A stretch of 64,000 bases of DNA from a virus (lineage: Duplodnaviria; Caudoviricetes), in the IMG/VR virus record IMGVR_UViG_3300012979_000030, positions 1 through 64,000 of that record, one strand, 5' to 3'. The position numbers were made by a program, and so were the translations under genes. The first letter of the stretch is position 1. Each line of letters begins with the position of its first letter. The notes below the pieces were generated by a model, which saw only the letters and a program-made list of their open reading frames with translations, had not been told where the DNA came from and ran no database searches. This document shows positions 9,836 through 18,840 of this stretch, piece by piece.

Positions 9836-10717
9836 TTATTCTCCAAACAATTTAGATAATTCTATTAAATCACATATAAAACATCTGTTATCACTAGAAT
9901 ATAATTTAAAATTTTGTGAATGACCACATTCCATATTATCACATGATACAAATGTTAAAGATTGTTTTTTATTATCATACTTGTATAATAATTTATCCTG
10001 TTTTAAACTAAAATTATCAACATATCTATTAAAATAATTTGGTATTAATTCATTAACTTTAATTAAGGTTGAAAATATTTGTTCTCTTGTTGCTGATAAT
10101 TCTTCTGTATAAACAATATATGGTATAAGATTTATATCACAATTATATTCATCACAAAAATCTTTTGGATTAAATACATTGTTTAAAATTTTTTCACATG
10201 TTTGTTTTGTTAATATTGTGTTGACTACTATATTACATTTTGGATATGTATTTTTTACATATTTAAGATTTGTCAAAAATAAGGTTTCTTTTTCTTTTGT
10301 TGAGAATCTACCTTCTAAGTCATATGATGTTGTAAATTTTAACCTATCCCATAAGTTATCATAATCAATAAGAGATAATAATTTATTTAAAATTCCCATA
10401 TTGTTATACAATAAATTTGTATTGATGTATAATAAATCAATACTGTTGCTGTTCATTTTATCAACAATTTTCTCAAAAAAATTTACGTAATCATTAATAA
10501 TCAAAAGGTTAGATTCATCAAAAATTTCACCACCAACTAATAAAACATGACTGCCATTTACATAATCATTAGAATCTAAAAATTCTAACACACAATTTAA
10601 AGATTTTATTTTATTCAATGGAGACAGAATAATTCCATTCTTTCTTTGAAAACAAAATTTACAATTATTATTACAATTATCCCAAAGTAAAAATTCATAA
10701 ACAGGTTTACATACCAT
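9836..10717 (-). CDS. Radical SAM protein (subfamily A)
   Basis: LWDNCNNNCKFC, GGEIF, TSYDLEGRF, CGH...CFICD; ATG at 10717 after AAGGAG. Confidence 0.9.
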   Translation of the reverse strand: MVCKPVYEFLLWDNCNNNCKFCFQRKNGIILSPLNKIKSLNCVLEFLDSNDYVNGSHVLLVGGEIFDESNLLIINDYVNFFEKIVDKMNSNSIDLLYINTNLLYNNMGILNKLLSLIDYDNLWDRLKFTTSYDLEGRFSTKEKETLFLTNLKYVKNTYPKCNIVVNTILTKQTCEKILNNVFNPKDFCDEYNCDINLIPYIVYTEELSATREQIFSTLIKVNELIPNYFNRYVDNFSLKQDKLLYKYDNKKQSLTFVSCDNMECGHSQNFKLYSSDNRCFICDLIELSKLFGE

Positions 10718-10736
10718 ATATTTCTCCTTTTGAGAT

Positions 10737-10765
10737 ATTATATAATAATTTAATATTAATGACAA
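10737..10765 (-). promoter_or_regulatory. sigma70-like promoter
   Basis: TTGTCA-17 nt-TATAAT on the minus strand, ~20 nt upstream of the 10717 start. Confidence 0.6.
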
Positions 10766-10779
10766 TATTTAATCTTTAT

Positions 10780-11346
10780 CTATTCTGTATATGGATCTTT
10801 TAAAGAAGCAGTATATTCAACAGGGATGACTCTAATTTTATTATGTAACTTATCCATAATAATAGTAAAGATATCATTGACATCTTTAGCATCAATTCTG
10901 TCTGTTTTTTCATCACCAATTGTATGGTATAATGAAGTGGGTAGTGATAATACTCCACCTGTATATATTAGATATTTCTTTGATGAATATTGACTTATAG
11001 AAAATTTTAAATTTTCTATACAAAACCCAACCATATTATTAATCAAATGATATAATTCTCCATCTAATATTTGTTGATTCAATTTATTATAAACACCAAT
11101 ATTCTTTAAAAAGTTCTCAAAATCACTATTAACATTACTTGTTTCTTTTCTTTCAACCTTATTATTGGTTAAATAAAATCTTATTAGTGCATTTTTAGAA
11201 CCCGGAATTTTAAAATTTCCTGTATCATATGATTTAAAACATGCATCCATACTATCATATTTACTACCAACATTTTGACAATTATTATTGATAAAAGCAA
11301 GGATTTTATCTGTAATATTTTTATATGTTATATTTCCACTTATCAT
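10780..11346 (-). CDS. Hypothetical protein, paralog of 11346-11954 without the Ser/Cys tail
   Basis: ITYKNITDKI..FINNNCQN vs ITYKDLADKI..LIINKCDN; other shared blocks (KYLIY/KYVIY). Confidence 0.6.
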   Translation of the reverse strand: MISGNITYKNITDKILAFINNNCQNVGSKYDSMDACFKSYDTGNFKIPGSKNALIRFYLTNNKVERKETSNVNSDFENFLKNIGVYNKLNQQILDGELYHLINNMVGFCIENLKFSISQYSSKKYLIYTGGVLSLPTSLYHTIGDEKTDRIDAKDVNDIFTIIMDKLHNKIRVIPVEYTASLKDPYTE

Positions 11347-11954
11347 TATATTTCCATATATGCTATAAACATTGAACTACTTGATGAACAAGAACTACTT
11401 GATGAACTTGAACTACTTGATGAACATGTATAAGTAATAGTTGTTGCGGGATAAAATACTTTTGATGTTGAGTTAATTGCATTTAATAATGAATTAACAT
11501 CTGTTTCTATTTGTGCTTTTGTATAATTCTTATCTTTTAATGCAGTTTGAACACTTGTATAATTAGTTGCACTTGCATTATAAATTACATATTTTTCACC
11601 CCTAAAACTTGATCCAACCAAAACCATCTTTGCAGATAAAAAGGATGAGATATTTGCATAAAAATTCATCATACCTTTAAATGTAATAACTTCATTTTCT
11701 TTTGATTTTATACCCCTTGAAGATAAAAATGAATCAAGTTGTGTTTTAACAACTGATGCACTTATAGGAACAAGCTTATTATCATTAATAGTTAATGTAC
11801 ATTTTGTTTTACTTGTTGAAGATATTGTATATGTTTGACCATTTATAGGAATAGTTTTATCAATATTATCACATTTATTGATTATTAATTCATATATTTT
11901 ATCTGCCAAATCTTTATATGTTATCTTCTTCCCTACTTCTATTGTCATCTTCAT
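11346..11954 (-). CDS. Hypothetical protein with C-terminal Cys/poly-Ser tail (candidate rSAM substrate)
   Basis: Ends TYTC-S11-C-S5-MFIAYMEI; lies inside the rSAM cluster. Confidence 0.6.
   Translation of the reverse strand: MKMTIEVGKKITYKDLADKIYELIINKCDNIDKTIPINGQTYTISSTSKTKCTLTINDNKLVPISASVVKTQLDSFLSSRGIKSKENEVITFKGMMNFYANISSFLSAKMVLVGSSFRGEKYVIYNASATNYTSVQTALKDKNYTKAQIETDVNSLLNAINSTSKVFYPATTITYTCSSSSSSSSSSSCSSSSSMFIAYMEI
11373..11426 (-). repeat. 3 x 18-bp tandem repeat encoding (C/S)SSSSS
   Basis: Minus-strand units TGTTCATCAAGTAGTTCA / AGTTCATCAAGTAGTTCT / TGTTCATCAAGTAGTTCA. Confidence 0.9.
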
Positions 11955-12606
11955 TCCTTAAAAAATCACTCAATAAACTAATACCAATTGAACTCTTCAT
12001 TAATAATTGAGATATAATGGTACAAGAATTTTCAATATAAACACATTCATCAGTATTAAATGGTTTACTCAATGAAAATATACCAGATAATGTTAATAAA
12101 TCACTTGATAAAAACAAATTTCTATAAATGTTAGGTAATTGAATGTGTTTATCTAATGGAGTAAATGTTAATTTGTTATATGATTTAAACAATGCAATAA
12201 AATGAATACTCATTTTTTGAATAAATGCTTCTAGTTCATTTTTAATTTTTAATTTCAAATTTAACAAATCAGTAATAGATGAAATATAAATGTTTTCATC
12301 TTTAAAGAAATATTCATTAAGTTTTAATCCACTTTTAATCAAATTCATAATATTTAATAACATTAATGGATCTTTTAAATCTTCTCTATCTAAGGAGTAT
12401 TTAATTGCAACCGATAATTTATCAATATTAATTCCCTTTAATAAAACTCTTATATTTGGAATAATATCTAAAGAATTTTCATAATCATATATATATGATA
12501 ATGATTTGACCAAATCTTCTTCTGAAATAGAATCAGAAAAATTGATATCAATATCTTCACCATTTAATAATTCTTTTAATTGCTGTTCGTCATATTTTTC
12601 AATCAT
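11914..12606 (-). CDS. Hypothetical protein (rSAM-cluster accessory)
   Basis: 230-aa ORF with GAGG RBS, overlapping the start of the Ser-tail gene. Confidence 0.6.
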   Translation of the reverse strand: MIEKYDEQQLKELLNGEDIDINFSDSISEEDLVKSLSYIYDYENSLDIIPNIRVLLKGINIDKLSVAIKYSLDREDLKDPLMLLNIMNLIKSGLKLNEYFFKDENIYISSITDLLNLKLKIKNELEAFIQKMSIHFIALFKSYNKLTFTPLDKHIQLPNIYRNLFLSSDLLTLSGIFSLSKPFNTDECVYIENSCTIISQLLMKSSIGISLLSDFLRNEDDNRSREEDNI

Positions 12607-12639
12607 TAATTTACCTCTTATAAGTATATTTATTACTGG

Positions 12640-13578
12640 TTATTTTATGTTATTACAAATATTTTTTATACACATTAATGTGTTTTTTAAATTATAACAA
12701 TCATATGTATCATCCTTTAAATCATGAACTCTTTTCATACATCCATTACAAATATTAAAAAACTCACACATATAACATTCATTCTTTATTATTTTATACT
12801 GATATGAATCATATATATAATCATCATCAAGGGATGGACATGTTGACATATTACCATCTGGACCCATACATTTTATATTTTTATAACATGTTCTGTTTGA
12901 TAATGGACATGTTGTATCTCTATTATTAAAGAAATTTATTAAATTTAAACAATTTGATTCATATTTATATAAGTCATCAGTTTCAAATAATTGTAAGTAT
13001 ATATCATACATTTTATCCAATGGATAGTGATACCCTTGTCTCCCAGATTTAACGGCAGGATTTAATTTACATTCTGTTCCAAGTTTTTTTGCCAATTTAA
13101 CATTATCAATTGCATATCCAGCATTTTCATTTGTAACAACACTAACAAATGTCAATTTTTCATTATATAATTCCTCAAATTTATAAAATATTTTTAAAAA
13201 ATCATCTTCTGTAAATAATGTATAATTTGGTTTTATCCGTCCATTTCCATATTGAAAAGATGTGCATATACCAATCTCGGGTTGTCTAAACAAATCATCC
13301 CATTTATCTGTGTTAATATACCAATCCCATAAGTTTGTTGTAAAAGATATAATACAATTTAGTTTTTCACTTCTTATGTGTTCAATAATGTCATAATAGA
13401 ATTGTGGTTTCATCATTAATGGATCACCACCATTAACAATTATACTTTTTGTTTCTGGAAATTCTTTTAAAAAACTAATAACCTTATCCGACTCCAATAC
13501 TTTATTTGGAATCAAATTAGAAGAACAAAATGAACAATGGAAATTACATGCTCTTGTTGGTTTAATTACTAATTCCAT
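12640..13578 (-). CDS. Radical SAM/SPASM protein
   Basis: KPTRACNFHCSFC, NGGDPL, TTNL, C-terminal CYMC...ICNGC. Confidence 0.9.
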   Translation of the reverse strand: MELVIKPTRACNFHCSFCSSNLIPNKVLESDKVISFLKEFPETKSIIVNGGDPLMMKPQFYYDIIEHIRSEKLNCIISFTTNLWDWYINTDKWDDLFRQPEIGICTSFQYGNGRIKPNYTLFTEDDFLKIFYKFEELYNEKLTFVSVVTNENAGYAIDNVKLAKKLGTECKLNPAVKSGRQGYHYPLDKMYDIYLQLFETDDLYKYESNCLNLINFFNNRDTTCPLSNRTCYKNIKCMGPDGNMSTCPSLDDDYIYDSYQYKIIKNECYMCEFFNICNGCMKRVHDLKDDTYDCYNLKNTLMCIKNICNNIK

Positions 13579-14548
13579 TTTTTAACTCCAAATATTTATA
13601 TATTGATAACATTCCTGGACAACCTGTGTTATCCCATTGTAATTGACAACAATCACCATTACATTGTTTAAAATATTTACAACACAAACAACCAATATTT
13701 TTATTATCTTCAAAATTATATAGCATTTTTTTCTTGTTTTCATCAATGGTTTTTAATGTTCCATATGAAATATTTGCCATATTTGGACAACTAGAGATTG
13801 TTCCATTAGGATTTATGGTTGTAACAGTTCTCATACATTGTCTTCTCCTACAACCAATCAAATTCCCCTTAATCCCTTCTTTAACTCCACTAAATAATGG
13901 TATATAAAATTTTGTATTCTCATATATTTTAAATGCATCTAATAACCATTTATCTAAATCAGAATTGTTTGGTCTCACATCATTTACATCTGCTCTACCA
14001 GTTGATGTAATTCTTTCAAAATTAAAATATTTGAGTCCAAGATTTGAAAACATATCAAAAATATAATTTGGGTTTAAATCTTTTATAAGTTGTTTTGTCA
14101 AACAAACAATTGGTTGAACTTCTATACCAATAGATTTGAGTTTTCTAACATTATTCAACCACAATTCTTCTTGTTCTTCATTAAACCTTATTTTATAATC
14201 CCAAGATGTTTTTATAAATGATTTATGCATCTTTTTAAAAATTTGAATATGTTTATCTGTCAATTCATAAACAAGATTTGTTGTTATTTCCCACATTATA
14301 TTTGTTTCATTTACTGATTCAATAATATATAAAATTTTATCTAAATCATATAGGGTAGGTTCTCCACCATGTAATGTGACATTTATATCATCATTTGGGT
14401 GTTTGTTGCAAAATTCTTTTAACCAGATTAATACATCTTCCAAAACATCTTCTTTCATATGATTATGATTCATCATTATTTCATTATAACAATGCTCACA
14501 TTTAAGTTGACACCCATTAGTTAATTTAAGATATATATTATATTCCAT
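13562..14548 (-). CDS. Radical SAM/SPASM protein (subfamily C)
   Basis: CQLKCEHC, HGGEP, TSWD..IRF, CLCCKYFKQCNGDCC...GCP. Confidence 0.92.
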   Translation of the reverse strand: MEYNIYLKLTNGCQLKCEHCYNEIMMNHNHMKEDVLEDVLIWLKEFCNKHPNDDINVTLHGGEPTLYDLDKILYIIESVNETNIMWEITTNLVYELTDKHIQIFKKMHKSFIKTSWDYKIRFNEEQEELWLNNVRKLKSIGIEVQPIVCLTKQLIKDLNPNYIFDMFSNLGLKYFNFERITSTGRADVNDVRPNNSDLDKWLLDAFKIYENTKFYIPLFSGVKEGIKGNLIGCRRRQCMRTVTTINPNGTISSCPNMANISYGTLKTIDENKKKMLYNFEDNKNIGCLCCKYFKQCNGDCCQLQWDNTGCPGMLSIYKYLELKNGISN

Positions 14549-15437
14549 TTTTTATACCCGTGCAAATGTTACATGTTTTTAATTTACCTGCAAGTGATTC
14601 ATTTCTCAAATTCATTGCTTTTTCAGAAAACCATAGTTCATCCAATGGAGTTTCCATAATATTACCAATAACAAACTCATCATCCACTCCCCACCTACAC
14701 AAATTTACATCACCATTTGTCTTTATATGACATAAATTATACATACCATAGCATGGTATATTTCCACACAATCCATTAATAATTCTTGGATTATTTGTTA
14801 AATCTATGTATTTGTTTATAACTTTATCAGCATGAGAATATATCTCAGTAAAATAATAATTATCAACAATTTTTGACATTTTATCAACAAAATCATCTTG
14901 TTCTGTATTATTGTAGAAGATTGATGATGCAGATATTTCTGTTGATGATATTATATCATTTCTATATTTAATAAGCAATTTTATATTTTCTATTATTTTA
15001 TCAAATGTATCAACACCTGTTGCTTTTAAGTGTGTTTCTTTATTATACCCATTTAATGAAAATTTAATTGATTGTATGTTATTTTTTACCAAATATTTTA
15101 ATTCATCTATTCTTGTTCCATTAGTTGTTATAAACAACTTTGAATTACAACCATTAAGTATTATATCAATTATTTCACAAAATTGTGGATGTAAAGTTCC
15201 CTCACCCATATGAAATAAACCAATTTCTTTTATATTTAATCTTCTAATTTCTTCAATTGTTTTATTAACCACATCAATAGGCATAAACTTCTTCAAACCT
15301 TTTAATGTTGGAACAACACAATAATAACATTTATGATTGCAAACACCAGATAATTCCAATTTTACTGCTGTTGGTAAATTACTACAAGATAAATCAATAC
15401 TTGTTGATGCTATTTTAATTCTATCAATGATGCTCAT
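14538..15437 (-). CDS. Radical SAM protein with twitch/SPASM domain
   Basis: CNHKCYYC, MGEGTLHP, TTNG, PC...GDVNLC...IGNI...W...CNIC. Confidence 0.9.
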   Translation of the reverse strand: MSIIDRIKIASTSIDLSCSNLPTAVKLELSGVCNHKCYYCVVPTLKGLKKFMPIDVVNKTIEEIRRLNIKEIGLFHMGEGTLHPQFCEIIDIILNGCNSKLFITTNGTRIDELKYLVKNNIQSIKFSLNGYNKETHLKATGVDTFDKIIENIKLLIKYRNDIISSTEISASSIFYNNTEQDDFVDKMSKIVDNYYFTEIYSHADKVINKYIDLTNNPRIINGLCGNIPCYGMYNLCHIKTNGDVNLCRWGVDDEFVIGNIMETPLDELWFSEKAMNLRNESLAGKLKTCNICTGIKNGI

Positions 15438-15441
15438 GCTT

Positions 15442-16479
15442 TTATAAAATTGTTATGTGTGGGTTTACTAATTTATTAATTAAATCTTTATTCACTGGTG
15501 GATTGTAATATAAATCATATGTTCCCAAATATGTTGTATTCATCATAATACAAACGGGTATTGTAGGAACATTTGTATATAATGCCGATAATATTCTTTT
15601 ATTAGAATAGTATGGTCTCAAAACACCATCTGGTGTTAATTTCAACTGTATAACTCTCTTTAATCCATTCTCAACACAATCTTTAACCAACAGACTTGCT
15701 TTTGTAAAATTTGCATTTGCATGACAATAATATGCTTTGTCAGTCAAATCATATGTTAAAACCTCGGTTTCATAAACCATTTGTTTTAAATATTCTCGTG
15801 GCATATTTTTATATAAATATGTAGTTGTAAAATTTGGATTATCTTTATATGTAAATTCACCAAACTTTTCTTCTGTTAATTTACTCCATTTTACTGTTTT
15901 TGGTAAATATTGGAATTCAACCTTTGGTTTTATATATTGTTCAGATGGATATTTAAATATTTGATGTTTTACTGTTGCCATATCCATATTATATAATGTT
16001 ACTTTTGCTTTTACAGTTTCACCATCATCTATATGCTTTTTAATTGGTGCAGGAATAACAAGGGTATCTGTTTGTGCATAATATCTTATACCATCATATC
16101 TTTCGTGTATTAATAAATTATAGGTTTCTTCATCCATTGGATCTTCTGTAAAGATTTTGATATTTTGAAAATCTTTAAGTATTTCATTATTAAAATCATA
16201 ATAATCATTTGTTGATATTGAAGTAATATATGATAAATCATTTGTTTCCAATGGTATATCTTCTGTAATTATTTTTGGTGAATATTCTGATAAACCAAGT
16301 TTTTCAACAATATACCTATCATATGCAGGCAATGAAGGGTTTTCACCAAGTTCATCTTCAATGTCCCCTCGTTCTCTTTCAACAATTGGTTGATATATAT
16401 CATCACCAACATCATATTCAATGTCATCATTATATCTGATATCTTCTTTTAAAATATCCAAACTCAAAGCATTATGCAT
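15442..16479 (-). CDS. Hypothetical protein, possible degenerate ParB/Srx-like C-terminal domain
   Basis: LVKDCVENGLKRVI...NKRILSALYTNVPTIPVCI resembles the ParB-N pattern. Confidence 0.4.
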   Translation of the reverse strand: MHNALSLDILKEDIRYNDDIEYDVGDDIYQPIVERERGDIEDELGENPSLPAYDRYIVEKLGLSEYSPKIITEDIPLETNDLSYITSISTNDYYDFNNEILKDFQNIKIFTEDPMDEETYNLLIHERYDGIRYYAQTDTLVIPAPIKKHIDDGETVKAKVTLYNMDMATVKHQIFKYPSEQYIKPKVEFQYLPKTVKWSKLTEEKFGEFTYKDNPNFTTTYLYKNMPREYLKQMVYETEVLTYDLTDKAYYCHANANFTKASLLVKDCVENGLKRVIQLKLTPDGVLRPYYSNKRILSALYTNVPTIPVCIMMNTTYLGTYDLYYNPPVNKDLINKLVNPHITIL

Positions 16480-16480
16480 A

Positions 16481-17209
16481 TTAATTTACCCCATCAACAT
16501 ATTCTGCTAAACCTTTACTAAATTCTTTCCATCCATCACCACTACTCATCCCATATAATAATGCTGTAAATGGTGTATATTTAGATACACATTCAAATAA
16601 TTTATTGTTTGATTCTGTAAATATATCATCATAAAAATGTGGTTTAATAGATATATCATTATTATCAAATAATAACATAAAACACTCATTTTTAATCAAG
16701 TTACAAATATTACTATTAAATGGTTTACCACAAATATGTGTTACATCACCAAAAGTAAATTTATCTTCTTCAACCATATCTAACCTTGATAATGGATATA
16801 ATGGTAATGAAAAACAAAATGTTAAAACATCTATAATTAATTTTTCATTATCTTCTATAAATTTCTTCATTTCATCATCTGTCAATATACAATCATTTGT
16901 ATTATATGATGTATTATAATACATTCCCAAGATTTTTAACCAAGTATCATCTAATTCAACAATTTGATATTCAATATCACCAATTAAATATTGCTTTAAC
17001 ATATCACACTTAAAATCATAATCTGATTTTGTAAAATCAAGTTTTATATTTTTTAAATCTGTATTTCTTAAATAAATTATAGATATATTTGCATATTGAG
17101 ACATTAATATGCCATCAAACTTAATATCAGACATATCAACAATTAAATGTTCATCCATTGGTTTGTTTAATATTTCATCACTATATGGTAATCCACTATT
17201 TAACATCAT
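16481..17209 (-). CDS. Hypothetical protein translationally coupled to the Cys/His-tail protein
   Basis: TAATG stop/start overlap at 17209 with AGGAGA SD supplied by the last codons of the upstream gene. Confidence 0.65.
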   Translation of the reverse strand: MMLNSGLPYSDEILNKPMDEHLIVDMSDIKFDGILMSQYANISIIYLRNTDLKNIKLDFTKSDYDFKCDMLKQYLIGDIEYQIVELDDTWLKILGMYYNTSYNTNDCILTDDEMKKFIEDNEKLIIDVLTFCFSLPLYPLSRLDMVEEDKFTFGDVTHICGKPFNSNICNLIKNECFMLLFDNNDISIKPHFYDDIFTESNNKLFECVSKYTPFTALLYGMSSGDGWKEFSKGLAEYVDGVN

Positions 17210-17928
17210 TATCTCCTTGATCTTGTTCCATAACAATTACCATGACAATTTAAATGGCATGTATATAAATTGTATGTCAATGTGTTTGCAGATATACAAG
17301 TATTATACCATGTATTATAACAATTTGTAATTGTTGTGTTCATATTTCCAGCTGTTATTTGGGCATTTGTTGTTAGGGCACTACTTGGATTCAATGTTAT
17401 TGAGGTTGTACCACTCCTTTCCCAAGAAGTTGATGAACCACCTAATGCATTTGATGCTGTTGGAACTGCCGGGAAAGATGCATTTATAACACATGTCCCT
17501 GAAACTGAACCTTTATTAATTAATGAACCACCATTTGGATCAGATGAGTTTGCATCATCGTTTACTGTTGTAAATTGTCTATGATACCATGTTGATGTAA
17601 ATTTTCTAATCTTATTTAATGCTCGTGTCATTGTTAACATCTGAGACCAAAGTGATGATGCAGATATAGTAGTATCAGATAATGTTAAAGATGGAACACT
17701 TTTGGACAACATTTGATTTGATGGTAATGCTGCTGGATTAGTAAAACCAACACTCCCAACATTATTTGAACCAATATTTGCTGTTCCAGAAAATTTTGGA
17801 ACATTACCACTATGGTATGTTGCTTGATTATATGCTTTTGTTAATACATTTGTATTAAAATCAGTTATTGCACCAACTATATTATTTGCTGTAACTTTTT
17901 GTATTTTTTGATTTTGTGTTACACCCAT
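17209..17928 (-). CDS. Thr/Asn/Ser-rich virion-like protein with C-terminal CHxxCHxxC..RSRR tail (candidate rSAM substrate)
   Basis: Ends YTCHLNCHGNCYGTRSRR*; body composition unlike the surrounding enzymes. Confidence 0.65.
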   Translation of the reverse strand: MGVTQNQKIQKVTANNIVGAITDFNTNVLTKAYNQATYHSGNVPKFSGTANIGSNNVGSVGFTNPAALPSNQMLSKSVPSLTLSDTTISASSLWSQMLTMTRALNKIRKFTSTWYHRQFTTVNDDANSSDPNGGSLINKGSVSGTCVINASFPAVPTASNALGGSSTSWERSGTTSITLNPSSALTTNAQITAGNMNTTITNCYNTWYNTCISANTLTYNLYTCHLNCHGNCYGTRSRR

Positions 17929-17955
17929 CTTTAATCCTTATAATAAATTATACAA

Positions 17956-18840
17956 TTATTTATTTTTAATAATATCATATAAACCAGAGCAATAAGGTTT
18001 TGAAAATGTTTTTAAATGCTCTGCTTTACACTTATCAAAAAATTCACATAAACAACAATTTTTTAAATAATCTTTTCTTTCTTTAACAATATACTTTTCC
18101 CACTCATTGATTGATTCAAACTCAACTAAATGTTCTATTGAATCTTTATATTCAACTGTCCCATAATTTCCATTTGGCAATATAAATACAAACCCACTTT
18201 GTGTTGGATTGTATTCATCATCATTTAAATATTTCATATTTTCTATATCAAAACAATAGTCACCCTTATTATATTCATTTATAATATTCTTTAAAAATAT
18301 AATAAAATCTTTTGTTGATATATCATACTTATTACAATATATTGACGGGTTATACTCCAAAAAATAAACGTTTTTACCAAGCAAATTATAAAATTCTAAC
18401 ACACTATTAATATCTTTTTCTAATAATGATGGAAGAACAACAGATGTTATTGAACAATCAATGTTTTTTATTTTTTTTAAAACATATTCATAATTGCTTC
18501 TTTCCTCATTTAATGATACATTTATATGAATATTATTATTTTTACAATAATCTATAATCCAATCATTTGTCAAATTTGTTGTTACATTTATTTCCCATTT
18601 TCTAATTAAATATATTAGATTATCAAGATATTTTTTATCTAATAAACTTATTTCACCACCATATATTGAAATATGTGAAAAATCATAACCATTGTGTAAT
18701 AATTCAGCAATTTTTTCATCAAGTGTTTTTAATGATAATATGGTTTTATCATTTTTCATATTACCCAAATAACAATAATCACAATTCATATTACAATGAT
18801 ATAATGGTATAATAGATAAATTAAGATTTTTTGTATTCAT
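17956..18840 (-). CDS. Radical SAM protein with SPASM-like C-terminus
   Basis: PLYHCNMNCDYC, YGGEI, TTNL, CCLCEFFDKCKAEH...CSG. Confidence 0.9.
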   Translation of the reverse strand: MNTKNLNLSIIPLYHCNMNCDYCYLGNMKNDKTILSLKTLDEKIAELLHNGYDFSHISIYGGEISLLDKKYLDNLIYLIRKWEINVTTNLTNDWIIDYCKNNNIHINVSLNEERSNYEYVLKKIKNIDCSITSVVLPSLLEKDINSVLEFYNLLGKNVYFLEYNPSIYCNKYDISTKDFIIFLKNIINEYNKGDYCFDIENMKYLNDDEYNPTQSGFVFILPNGNYGTVEYKDSIEHLVEFESINEWEKYIVKERKDYLKNCCLCEFFDKCKAEHLKTFSKPYCSGLYDIIKNK

